From: Lysobacter sp.
Lineage (GTDB): Bacteria > Pseudomonadota > Gammaproteobacteria > Xanthomonadales > Xanthomonadaceae
Direction of reading: 5' to 3'
Length of the DNA stretch: 64,000 nucleotides
Assembly: GCA_050737755.1 (NCBI GenBank)
Contig: JBOHYC010000155.1
Location: 1,401-65,400, forward strand
The notes beneath the pieces were generated by a model. That model saw only the letters and a program-made list of their open reading frames with translations, had not been told where the DNA came from and searched no databases. Positions 9,501 to 16,584 of this stretch are shown here, piece after piece; position 1 is the first letter of the stretch; each line of letters starts with the position of its first letter. The translations under genes were made by a program, and so were the position numbers.

Positions 9501-11273
9501 CTCCGTGTCGCTCGGGTCGCGGGCTTCGCCAGTCTCCCGGTCGATCCATGGCACCGCCGGCGCCTCCGCAGCGCGCGCTGTGCCCTGGCCCTGAGCGTCG
9601 GCCTGTTCCATGAATGCCGCACGTTCGGCGATCACGCGCTTCATAGCCGTTTGATCGCCGGCCTCCTGCGCTGCCGCCAGCTGCTGCGCGAACATGCGGC
9701 GCCGTTCCTGGTACGCAGCAGGGTCTAGCGTGTTGGTGGGATCGGGAGCTGCCGCGCGCTGACGGAGCATCTCCAGAGCAGGCTGCACCTTCTCCAATGG
9801 GAAGCCGGTCAGCGTCGCCGCCCGCTCCGCGCTCACGGTGTCGAGGTTCTTGCCGAGGAAACCTCGCAGAGTGTTCGCGACGTCTTCCACGCTGGCGTTG
9901 TTGAACTGTTCGTTCTGCCACGCGTGGGCCTGCGCGTCGGCATCCTCCATGCCGGCTGGCGGGGCACGTGTACCCATCTGCTCTCGGCCCGCAGCGTTCG
10001 GCCGCGGGCGCGCTGCCTGCCGTGCCTGCGCCGCCGGCGTCGCGTTGGCTGCATCGCTGAGACTGCCTGGTGCAGCGTCAGGGAACTCCTGCACGGCGGG
10101 CGTGGCCACCGCCTGCACTTCCGGTGCCACGGCCCGGGTCAGATCGCCCGCAGGCTCCACACGCGGCTGCGGACGCGCCGCAGTTCGCACGCCACTGCCA
10201 CCGCCCATGACGCCGCCGCCGAGTGCACCGGCGGCCGCGTTCTCGATGTAGTCGTCGATCGCTTCGGGACTCGTCAGGTCGCGCTGGGCGCCGAAGCGTT
10301 CGATCGCGCCCTGCGTTGCCTCGGTCGCACCTTCCGTCACGGCGCCCTTCGCCACGCCAGCAGCAACGCGCCGCGCCATGCGCGGGCTGTTCGATGCTCC
10401 GGTCAGGAAGCGCCCTGCCCCGACCGCCTCCGCAGCAGTGTCGATTACGCCTGCCACAGCGCCGGCGCCCAGCGCGCGAGCCGCATCGCCTCGGTCGAGC
10501 TGCTCGCCGACGGCCGCAGCGTCCTCGGCACGCCCGGTGTAGCTGATGCCGGCCTCCTGCCCGACGTTGAGCCCGACGTTGGCCACCGCTGCGCCGCCCA
10601 ACTGCTGCAGCTTCTTCTGCATCGCCGACTTGCCCGCGGCTTCGGCGACCTCGCGAGTCACACCGTTCTTCACCTGCGACTCGATCAGGTTCTCCACCTG
10701 GTCGCGGATGAGCTTCTTGACCGCGCCGCGCGCGACCACGCCTCCCACTGCACCTACAGCGGCACCCGCGGCAGCACCCGGGCCGGTCGGGGCGGTGGCT
10801 GCACCGCCGACTGCTGCGCCAGCCAAGCCGGCTGCCACGCTCTGCAGCGCTTGGCCACCGAAGTTGCCGATCACATCGCCCGCCCAGTCGCCCAGGCTGT
10901 CCTCGCCTGTGACCGCGCCCTTGAACGTGTCATCACCCTGCAGCGGCGCTACTTCCTCGCGCTGCACGCGCTGGTAGTTCTCCAGGCCCCAATCGCGCAC
11001 GCCCTCGGCGCCAACGGCACCACCCACCGCCGCACCGGCGCCGTAGAGCAGGCTCTTGGTCTCCGGCAGGCTGCGCTTGAAGCCCTTGACCAGTGACGTC
11101 CCGAACCCATCGGGCTCGGCTTGCGGCTTGGCCGCCATGCGCGGCGCGGGCGTCGACGGGACGCCTGCGAACGGGTCGTGGTCGACGCGCTGCAGTTGGG
11201 GTCGCTTGGCAATGCGATCAGGCGTCGGCGCGGACGCGAACGGGTCGTGGTCGACCTTCTGCAGGGTTGCCAT
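525..11273 (-). CDS. Giant polyvalent virion/ejection protein (3582 aa): InPase-like, LPD5/LPD1-like, PRTase, metallopeptidase, ADP-ribosyltransferase-like and PLxRFG domains
   Basis: Motifs GNYKKGH..DHVDVF..DEHKVV, FRGVQFGNY, AHELWH, LILDDTLTQGGT, LAHEALGH, VYHGT..GIFF, YFPLQRFG; start MATLQK coupled to the upstream stop (TAATG). Confidence 0.9.
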   Translation of the reverse strand: MATLQKVDHDPFASAPTPDRIAKRPQLQRVDHDPFAGVPSTPAPRMAAKPQAEPDGFGTSLVKGFKRSLPETKSLLYGAGAAVGGAVGAEGVRDWGLENYQRVQREEVAPLQGDDTFKGAVTGEDSLGDWAGDVIGNFGGQALQSVAAGLAGAAVGGAATAPTGPGAAAGAAVGAVGGVVARGAVKKLIRDQVENLIESQVKNGVTREVAEAAGKSAMQKKLQQLGGAAVANVGLNVGQEAGISYTGRAEDAAAVGEQLDRGDAARALGAGAVAGVIDTAAEAVGAGRFLTGASNSPRMARRVAAGVAKGAVTEGATEATQGAIERFGAQRDLTSPEAIDDYIENAAAGALGGGVMGGGSGVRTAARPQPRVEPAGDLTRAVAPEVQAVATPAVQEFPDAAPGSLSDAANATPAAQARQAARPRPNAAGREQMGTRAPPAGMEDADAQAHAWQNEQFNNASVEDVANTLRGFLGKNLDTVSAERAATLTGFPLEKVQPALEMLRQRAAAPDPTNTLDPAAYQERRRMFAQQLAAAQEAGDQTAMKRVIAERAAFMEQADAQGQGTARAAEAPAVPWIDRETGEARDPSDTEIEGFIHDQFNQQMSGGRGINSQVVRQALAVSGLPAKRRNPLITKVQADRKKGITSAAVEPAEQVDPQQEIERDRDELDQAMEPAAPAADDRALPEGWTESQPGGLVTNPDPERGGIVDSEIGTGQWFAIPHREGAETLTGFDSREAALTALQGTASARSVESSEPPGDLDQPPSPSSSNSAPASTTASGKAGPRVMASNIPTASTFESAADQPGEASAAGDTSIRPGAQRSLETAAVDTDSLPSPQDTPAARWNKSSVGPNDRADDVAAKNAVVDYMNGDIDKPALITALADAVSAGTYETEPQIHAITMRLTDTFTEADAREVFARATANRKPGINETTKVSDAAAAAATSPTNDRPEPTEAQKEAGNYKKGHTRVAGLDVSIENPAGTRRRPEWPPLQDHYGYIKGSVGADKDHVDVFLTESAQDESLPVFVVDQTNKDGSFDEHKVVMGAADEAAARAAYLRNYEDGWDGLSGITQMTQDEFKAWVKDPAKTKRRLSKPTPTRRVGGQKIKAASTPALVPQPAASPDVEMEFRLYPARVLAALSGEERASVQKQAGVRSTGRFGDLPLADQAAAYARHVAAGGRRVAVPADYNAEVRRAESDADLRRRESNGQITTAEGKPYKTEKAARAALAGLPEAGEFSREAFGVAKRDAGFVLRRLSTERGMGALSGGWVGPDVQRAEQARETGRRALMAERGLVEDRFGNMVTPQDAERANRTADEEDAAIEGISDLDQEAVDDLLQEIGEQVQSDVDAQRRWSAGDFLFAAHEMAEGEPTLVTSYSMLQSYSPDQLMAVAKNDAPDWLAKRSIDRAKHSKAKKAAAAAKEDPPTGPIEDFGDTLHGARKHYAAAYTDRMTEASTLDVAAEPLSKVWPAPDYAKWLEGGVAPEVAAFVHAARDQVPTKPQSAWKLRGWVEQVTLLRDLANQLQGGTITAAEARAKLVGREQWRADVRDRMELYSEVGHEVSLKGIRLRSGAYSIYKGEKHSPAKVMWSVEKKAKATAYSNWPTILGEGETKEAAIAAFKKALPTLEAKSKGKGPTKFTIYSYRQRPGFYIGKRIAKAYTDLEHFDSAAEAREYLANNQDELEAKLAKFKDIPAHRRETNAPRIGVDHRAGADVSPEQFSDAFGFRGVQFGNYVEGDRRQADLNQAYDALMDMAGVLGVPARALSLNGTLGLAFGARGKGGKRAAAAHFESGNIVINLTKGQGAGSLAHELWHGMDNYFSRQRGTPGGYVTNDPGTDPGGLRAEMQQAFVAVMDAISTTGLRERSSELDKRRTKAYWSTDLEMSARAFESYMLAKLADQGAANDYLVNVVSEGAFGREGEYPYLTAAEIPAVRAAFDAFFDTVETREDDAGNVGLFSRRGWDESFPDALLGQRPGVVAAHSDYEAAKAGDDKAALRLARDLVTDDYVAAVRAALPSGAVPTIVPVLAEEAAGRNRIPLAAAITLGEALGVPVTTDILQARKVSRGGGDGMHRLANPPTFAGEVVAGQDYLILDDTLTQGGTLAELKTHIEDNGGRVLLASALTGKDYSRKIALSPESLAQVRERYSDIEQWWRDSFGHGFEGLTESEARFILKLKGSPGPDALRARVDEARVRGVGGMGDRNDPDGQDQGSLSSRAAARVGTGLDLGRAQTLKQELTAQWGDDAPSVVLVDSAEGLQRAAGLPASVLDDPNFYRAEGLYRGQPTVWINTGAIRTEERFAQVLAHEALGHYGVERVVGKVQWGEITDAIERHAQNGTGAADVRRAIAHVRRTQPDVESDRLAFAKEVIAVMAEQGARNGLIGRVVAAVRRFLRRVMPGMNWTDGDVRALLGQAEGFLRRGRTAEQRAGLVQSYAFSRDGDEPLQAEELEVDGAFVAGLTPVERRSGPMVALARALWADMGIASPFFGDWFGASKVVDAAGQPLKVYHGTGEEFAAFDRDRAGKSTNHLTAQLGIFFDARKSKAEHYARVATNDVPAEQRIIEAHLAIRNPYVMPKAEFMGIEGTEQARALRRQLEREGHDGIQLPDVGQWVVFDPTQIKATDNRGTFDRTDDRLLFSKAAADPTGAIADIEAVMDATRTDGKLLDRARAALARAVPKKLKDAQRPTWLAALTTKHLTELGSDYFSTMRIYSDYLSEMGADRNQLATEGEALAEKARKWAGKNREESQQLFKLMHDATIQGSDPAEGYAPLQFKYGGQIREATPANVKEALAAIREQMRGRGGDNKTDMLAEAKNLRAMPAREKHRKKKHPALKERYEQLSPEAQELYREMRDMYKDRSSQVEEALVARIRDTDTPENHKRKIINVIRMQFESQRLQGVYFPLQRFGRYFVAAERAGTSTYLMFENLDQLERAVKDLRARNFTITAQGLKSGGKAKDAPSGTFVADVMQTLNKAGVSDKTQDEIYQLYLQALPELSMRKHAIHRQSVPGFDPDAVRAFAFNMHHGAHQLARLRFGHKLQDVIDVLKKQQDAERRENTGDTRKIAAGDAILDELTRRHDWISNPQDSAATNLVSSFGFVYYLGLTPAAALVNLTQTALVTYPFLAARFGPVKAMNYLLAAGRDAGRTLGNIQKTLSNPDELKAFNELVRMGAIDKTQAHNLAGIAEGGMQGYNPAWAKAMEIIGWGFHKTEVMNREASGIAAYRLARAEGQSFDEAVKFAAEAIDQTHFDYTNANRARFMQSGTAKVLLMFRQYSLNMTWHLGRMVWNATKGESAEVKRIARRNLAGLLGMSSLFSGVLGLPMASVAMGVLNSIASSFGDDDEPWEAEVEFRAFLTDMLGPAAASVLLTGAVNEVTGADIAGRVGLDQLWFRDAYKELEGRGAYYHLLEQAAGPMGGVLKNALVGKQLVDEGHLWRGVETMLPKSLKDVLKAGRYATQGVNNYRGDALVEDLNVGQLLLQLTGFTPAEVSRQYDRNSALKNYEQHILDRRSRLMDAFAMANRTGDEEGRRETIAAIQKFNSTHPEIGITTASIRRSLLSRAKYSEKAEGGIILNRRLASKVHELVGE
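8771..9073 (+). CDS. Putative 100-aa antisense gene nested in the giant gene
   Basis: Own GC3 69/100 while host-frame GC3 drops to 43/100; sigma70-like TTGTTC-16bp-TATCCT at 8737-8764; GGAG before the second ATG (8777). Confidence 0.55.
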   Translation: MAMNPYRPPPSRESAELPDELTYRQQPMLPQVDLPPIRTSMQSEYWTPSLEDQLFPKLSSMPEPNCWMKVMVVGQDRLEAHWIRPNELTLFPEEQSAQLP

Positions 11274-12853
11274 TACGGGGTCACCACCGAGTAGCTGCCG
11301 TCGTCGTTCTGGAGGTACCACTGGCCGTCAGGTGCCTTGCGCGCGCCGGGGACCGGTGGTGCCTCGCCAGCTTGCCCGCCCGGAGTCCCGCCCTGTGCGA
11401 CTCCATTGCGAAGCTGCGCGTACAGCGGATCCGCGTCGAGCTCGGCGAGTTGCGCCGCCTTGTCCTCCGCGTTGCCCATGCCACTGAGGATCGCAGCGCG
11501 CTGTTCGGTGTACGCGCTCAGCAGATCGGTCGCGCCGAGGCGCCCGGTCTCTTCGCCACCCGCCTGCACCTGGTTGCCTGCCGCATCGGTGACCGGCGTA
11601 AAGCTCGCGTCATCTCCGATCAGGCCGATCCCACCGCTGGCCGTCGTCGTGATCTGCGGGCGACGTGCGACGCGCTCGTTGCTCTGCAGCTCCTGCTGCT
11701 GCAGGTCATTCCCTGCCGTGGCCACCCGCGCGGCCTGGCGCCGCTCCGCACTGCGCTCGTTCGCGAGGTTCTCGTCCGCGGCGCCGCCCTGCAGGACATC
11801 GTTGGTCGCGTCCTGCCCGGCGGCCGACGCGGCGTTGAGCGCATCCACCTGACCGGTGATCAGCGCCGCTTCCCGCGCGCGTGCGCTCGGGCTACCGGCG
11901 TTGAAGGCCGAGTTCTGCGAGATCTGCAGCCGACGCATCATTTCCGCCGTGGGGCTGAAGGCGTCCGTGACCAACGCACCGGCGTCGTTCTGTGCACCCA
12001 GCGTCGCGCGCTGCACGCCGGCGACGGTGCTGTCGGTCGAGTCCTGCACCTGCGGCGCGCTCGAGGCCGCCGCGATGATGGGGTCAGGCCGGCTGGCCAC
12101 AAGGCGTTCCAGCGGTGCCGATGTGGTCGGAGCACCGGCCGCGGCCGGTGCAATTGCGCGCGTGACGCCATCACTTCCGGTGAACGTATTGACGTCGCCT
12201 GGCGACAGCTGTGGCGTGGCCGCCGGGCGAGAGGCCGATGCCGGTGGCGTGGCGGAGCTAACCCCGCCCATCGCGGGTGCGGCCTTCCCGTTCGGCGCCG
12301 GAGCACCCCGGGACGCGCCCGAGGCGGTGCTGGACGATGCCGTGCGCACACCGCGGAAGTCGGCGACCGGGCTGGCCGATCCGGAGGCGCCCGCACCGAA
12401 TTCACGCGCCGACTGCGTCAGCGATCCCAGCAGCGGACGCGCAGCCAACCGCGCCACGCTGCTGATCGTGTTGACGGCACCCATCGGAGAGGTAGGCAGC
12501 GGCGAGGAGCCGCCCCGGGTCACAGCGCGCGCTGCCAAACCGGCCTGCTGGGCTCCGCTGGGACTCGGGGCCGCGGAACCGGTGCCAGCGGACGGACGCG
12601 GGCGGCGCGCTGGTGTCCCCGGCGAATAGCTTGGCGCCGGGCCGCTGAGCCACTCGGGCTGCTTGGAACCACCAACCGGCGCGGCACCGCCGCCCGACTG
12701 GATGGATGGCAGCTTGAGGCCGTAGGAGGTCTGGCCGCCTTGGCCACCGGCGGAACCGACGTTGGGGGCCGGACGCGTCCCGCTGAGCTTGGCTTCCTGT
12801 CGCGCCTTGATGGCGGTGTCGACCATGCCTTCATCGTCATCTGCAAATGCCAT
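11273..12853 (-). CDS. Putative internal virion/ejection protein (526 aa, Ala/Gly/Pro/Ser-rich)
   Basis: AAGAGGA RBS before ATG 12853; position next to the giant gene; C-terminal PPVPGARKAPDGQWY motif. Confidence 0.7.
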   Translation of the reverse strand: MAFADDDEGMVDTAIKARQEAKLSGTRPAPNVGSAGGQGGQTSYGLKLPSIQSGGGAAPVGGSKQPEWLSGPAPSYSPGTPARRPRPSAGTGSAAPSPSGAQQAGLAARAVTRGGSSPLPTSPMGAVNTISSVARLAARPLLGSLTQSAREFGAGASGSASPVADFRGVRTASSSTASGASRGAPAPNGKAAPAMGGVSSATPPASASRPAATPQLSPGDVNTFTGSDGVTRAIAPAAAGAPTTSAPLERLVASRPDPIIAAASSAPQVQDSTDSTVAGVQRATLGAQNDAGALVTDAFSPTAEMMRRLQISQNSAFNAGSPSARAREAALITGQVDALNAASAAGQDATNDVLQGGAADENLANERSAERRQAARVATAGNDLQQQELQSNERVARRPQITTTASGGIGLIGDDASFTPVTDAAGNQVQAGGEETGRLGATDLLSAYTEQRAAILSGMGNAEDKAAQLAELDADPLYAQLRNGVAQGGTPGGQAGEAPPVPGARKAPDGQWYLQNDDGSYSVVTP

Positions 12854-12870
12854 GCGTGCGTCCTCTTGGG

Positions 12871-14754
12871 TTATGCGTCGACGATCTCGCCGGAGAAGTT
12901 GAAACTCTGTCCACAGCTCTTGCTCTGGCTCCACCCGCTGGACACGCTGGCGCCGTAGCTGACCGCGCTCATCGTGCTCGCTGCGAGCTGGCTGCTGATC
13001 TGTGCCTGGGCTCGGCGCATCTCCAGCGCCTGGTCAATCAGGCCGCGCGCCTCGGTGATCTTCATTTCCGCCACCTTGAGCTGCGTGTCGACTGCGGCGC
13101 GTTCCTTGCTCAGCCCCAGCTCAAAGCTGCGATCGGTCGCCGCGCTGGCCGCCTGCTCGACGCCGGCGTCGGCCACATACATCCGCGCCTGCGCGTCCGC
13201 ACCCTGGCCCACCGCAGCCAACCGGCCGCGCTCCGTGCTCAGCAACTGCTCAACGCGGGTCAGGCCGGCACGCCAAACGTCCAGGCTCTGCCCGTGCTGA
13301 TCCATGCGCAGGCGCTCGGCGTCGATCTTCATGTTCTGGGACAGCGACCACGCACGCGTGCGTTCCGTGCTCGCCTCTACCAGCGACTTGTAGAGATCCG
13401 CGCGCTTGCCCTCGCCCTCGATACCGGCGCTGTAGCCCTGCCATTCGGCCACGTGAGCGCGCCAGCGTTCGCCATAGGCGTCGACCTCGATCTTGTAGCG
13501 CTCGATGCCCTCGCGGTTGATCTCTGCCTGCACCTTCACCGCATTGATCCGCTCGCGGTAGAAGTCGGCCATCGTCTGCAGGCTGCGCAACTGGCTCTCG
13601 TACACCCGCACCTTCTGGTCGTTGATTTCGCCGCGCGCTCGCTCGCCTTCGATCTGGGCCCGGAACACCTCGACCTTGGCCAGTGCGGCCTGGATCCGGT
13701 CGCGCGCGACTGCCGCCTCGGTCTTGTAGGTCTCCAGCTTCGCGTTGTGCACCGTGATTCGGTAGTTCAGCACCGCCAGCGCGCTCTCGCGTTGGAAGGT
13801 CGCCGCCTGCAGCAGCAACCCCTGCTCCGCGGCATGCAGATTGATCGACACGCCTTCCAGCGCCGCGCCCTGCGTGATCGCGAAGCGCAGGTTGGCCAGC
13901 GCCTCCTCGAACTCCTTGATCGCCACATCGCGGCTGGCTTCGGCGATCGCGTTCTGGCCGGTCTGCCGCGCCCCCATGACCCGGCCGTTGAGCATGCCGT
14001 TGGGCTCGTAGAAGCCACGCTGTGAAAACTCGCTGACCGCCTGCTCCACCGCGCGGCCGGTCTCGATCTCGATGCGGCTGCGGTTGCGCTCGAACAGCGC
14101 GGCGCTGATCGCCGGCGGTAGCGCCTCCTGCCCCATGATCATCGGCTTGAGCTTGGCCGTGAGCTCGTCCATCAACCGGCCGACATAGGCCGTCGGCTCA
14201 AAGCTCCAATCCTCCTGAAATGGCGGCTCCACATAGACCGGCGCCTCGGCCGTGAACGCAGGGATCTGCACGTCCGGCGCATCGGGCAGGTTGAGCTGCA
14301 GCAGCGTCGGCACCTCCGGCAGCACGTAGTCCGGCGGCAGCGGCACGTCGATATCGATCATCGCCGCCGGCGCAGTCGGTACCGCCACGTCCGGCGCGTT
14401 CGGCCTGGGGCCAAAGGTCAGCGTCGGCGGGGCGTGGTCGAACTCCGGAGCGCTGTCGAACTGGAGCGCGGTGGGCGTGAACGCCGGCGCCGCACCCACG
14501 TTGCCGGGGTCGCGGAACTCGAAGGCGTTCCAGTCGATGTTCGGCCTCGCCGGTCGCTGGAACGCAGCGAGCTGCTCCTCGAAGTCGAACGACACGCTGA
14601 AATGCGTCTGGGCAAGGTCGACCTCGGCCAGCCGCCCCAGGTTGCCGATGGCCAGGTTGTAGGTCTGGGTGCCCAGCTCGGTGAAACGCCCGTGGGCGTC
14701 GTTCACCAGAATCTCGGCTTGCGGGATCGTGATGGTGTCGCAGGGCATGCTCAT
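12871..14754 (-). CDS. Putative internal virion/structural protein (627 aa, long coiled-coil C-terminal half)
   Basis: Long ORF in the late operon; helical Ala/Glu/Arg-rich composition. Confidence 0.75.
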   Translation of the reverse strand: MSMPCDTITIPQAEILVNDAHGRFTELGTQTYNLAIGNLGRLAEVDLAQTHFSVSFDFEEQLAAFQRPARPNIDWNAFEFRDPGNVGAAPAFTPTALQFDSAPEFDHAPPTLTFGPRPNAPDVAVPTAPAAMIDIDVPLPPDYVLPEVPTLLQLNLPDAPDVQIPAFTAEAPVYVEPPFQEDWSFEPTAYVGRLMDELTAKLKPMIMGQEALPPAISAALFERNRSRIEIETGRAVEQAVSEFSQRGFYEPNGMLNGRVMGARQTGQNAIAEASRDVAIKEFEEALANLRFAITQGAALEGVSINLHAAEQGLLLQAATFQRESALAVLNYRITVHNAKLETYKTEAAVARDRIQAALAKVEVFRAQIEGERARGEINDQKVRVYESQLRSLQTMADFYRERINAVKVQAEINREGIERYKIEVDAYGERWRAHVAEWQGYSAGIEGEGKRADLYKSLVEASTERTRAWSLSQNMKIDAERLRMDQHGQSLDVWRAGLTRVEQLLSTERGRLAAVGQGADAQARMYVADAGVEQAASAATDRSFELGLSKERAAVDTQLKVAEMKITEARGLIDQALEMRRAQAQISSQLAASTMSAVSYGASVSSGWSQSKSCGQSFNFSGEIVDA

Positions 14755-14764
14755 GGGTTGGGCC

Positions 14765-15088
14765 TCAAGACAGGATTACTGATATTTCGGCGGGGGCGCT
14801 GTTGCTCCCTTGCGACAGCGTTCCGGTGACGGTGTCTCCGCCCAGGCCCGAAAGGTTGTCTCCCTCAAAGCGGTCACTACCGACGTCGTACACGTAGAGG
14901 AACGTCCCGCCGCCATCGATCGTCAGGGTCAGATCCGCGACGGGGTCGAACCAGTCCGGTATCGGATCGATGTCACCTTGATTGACGTAGATATTTCCGT
15001 TGTCCACGCGCACATCGACCGCCTGTGCCGGTGGCGCCGTCCCGCACTCCTGATCCAACCCGACAAGGTCCGTCCAGAAACAGGCCAT
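14765..15088 (-). CDS. Small tail-associated hypothetical protein (107 aa)
   Basis: ATG 15088 just after the upstream stop; beta-rich acidic product MACFWTDLVG.. Confidence 0.65.
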   Translation of the reverse strand: MACFWTDLVGLDQECGTAPPAQAVDVRVDNGNIYVNQGDIDPIPDWFDPVADLTLTIDGGGTFLYVYDVGSDRFEGDNLSGLGGDTVTGTLSQGSNSAPAEISVILS

Positions 15089-15090
15089 GG

Positions 15091-16584
15091 TTAACCCCTC
15101 GTCCTGCGGTCGAGCCGGAGCGGCCGGAACTCGATGCTGTCCAGCGTGAAGTCGGCGCCGTCGACGTTCTCGATCTCGAAGTCCCAGTCCACGCTCTTTA
15201 CGCCCCGGCCCATCTTGAAGCGGTTCTCCCGCGTGGCCGCCGCGCCGCGTGGCGCCAGCTTGTACGTCGCCGCCTGCTTTGCCCCGGTGACCTCCTCGAT
15301 CGAAATCACCCGCAACAGCAAGGTGCCATCGCTGCTGTAGCCCACGTACGCCTCCGGCACCCGCTTCAACACGCGGGTGCCCAGGTCCGACAGTCCCATG
15401 CGCAACCGCGCCGCGATCGGCTCGCCGGCATCGTCGTCGCCATCCAGCCGATGGATGCCGCTGCCGACGGCGCCGTAGTAGCGACCGCCGATCTTCGCGA
15501 AGCTGTTGAACGGGTATTGCGTGTACCGGCTCAGGCCGCGGCTTTCGGTGTTGAGCACCCAAGCGATGTATTCGCCGCTGTCCAGAGACAGGGTCAGGGC
15601 AAACCCAACACTCTCGCGCACCAGCGTGGTCATCTCCGCTGCACTGGATAGGTCGGCGCCGGCCAGCAGTTCCTCCTCCACCAACACCATCGCGGTGTGG
15701 GTGTCGATGACGCCAGCGTCGAAGATCGCCGCTTCGACCAACGCCTCCATCGCCAGGAACTGCTCAGCAACGCCAGCGGTCGTGGTCAGTGCATCGGTTG
15801 CGGTGGCCAACGCCAGCGCCTCGGTCAACTCGCCGAACACCAGTCCGCTGACCACCATGCTCGCCGCGTCGGCCAGGTTCCCGGCGTGGCCGTCGATCAG
15901 CAGTCGCTCGACCACCCGGACGATCGCAAGGTGATCGGTCGCCGGCAGGTCGCTGAAAGTCACCCCCTCCTCAACCAGCAGGTAATAGACCACCGACAGC
16001 GCCGTCTCGAACGACATGACCTCGCTCGACAACGTGGCCAGCTCGGCCGCCGATGCTGGATTGCCCGACAAGCCCATCGCCGCGGTGAGCACCGCAGTGG
16101 CATGGCCCGTGGCCGCGCGGTCGAGGCTCAACCGCTCCTCGAGGCGGTCCCACACCATGCCGCCATATCCTTCCATTGCCGGCGGACGATCGAGGAGGAA
16201 GCCGTAAGCGGTAAGCGGTGCGGCCTCCAGGCCGTAACCGCCGAGCGCGACGCCACCATCGCCGTAACCGTTGACGGTGGCGCTACCGCCGCCGAAGCCA
16301 TCCCCGGCGAGCGTGAGGCGTGCATCGCCCTCGCCGAACACGCGGACGTAGCCGACGCCGCCGGCGCCAAGGTAGAGCTGCCCGTCGCCGGTCGAGGGCA
16401 CCGCCGGCGCCACATCGCCGCTGAACTGCTCCATCAGCCCCTCGCCGGTCAACACGAAGCCGCCGTCGCCGACGCCCGTCAGCATAGTGATCGCCGGTCC
16501 GATGCCGCCCACCTCCAGGAACAGCTCGCCGTCGCCGGTGCCGTCGGTGTGGGTGGTGCTAAGAAGCGTGAAGGAAATGGGCAT
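15091..16584 (-). CDS. Putative tail structural protein (497 aa)
   Basis: Start MPISFTLL coupled to the upstream TAA; late-operon position. Confidence 0.75.
   Translation of the reverse strand: MPISFTLLSTTHTDGTGDGELFLEVGGIGPAITMLTGVGDGGFVLTGEGLMEQFSGDVAPAVPSTGDGQLYLGAGGVGYVRVFGEGDARLTLAGDGFGGGSATVNGYGDGGVALGGYGLEAAPLTAYGFLLDRPPAMEGYGGMVWDRLEERLSLDRAATGHATAVLTAAMGLSGNPASAAELATLSSEVMSFETALSVVYYLLVEEGVTFSDLPATDHLAIVRVVERLLIDGHAGNLADAASMVVSGLVFGELTEALALATATDALTTTAGVAEQFLAMEALVEAAIFDAGVIDTHTAMVLVEEELLAGADLSSAAEMTTLVRESVGFALTLSLDSGEYIAWVLNTESRGLSRYTQYPFNSFAKIGGRYYGAVGSGIHRLDGDDDAGEPIAARLRMGLSDLGTRVLKRVPEAYVGYSSDGTLLLRVISIEEVTGAKQAATYKLAPRGAAATRENRFKMGRGVKSVDWDFEIENVDGADFTLDSIEFRPLRLDRRTRG

Noticed and set aside
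525-11273. Giant protein as an N4-like virion RNA polymerase or as DarB
   Set aside because: No RNA-polymerase, N6-methylase or SNF2 helicase motifs recognised; the domains seen are the polyvalent enzyme set
525-11321. ORF-track start at 11321
   Set aside because: It overlaps the upstream gene; ATG 11273 is TAATG-coupled and more plausible
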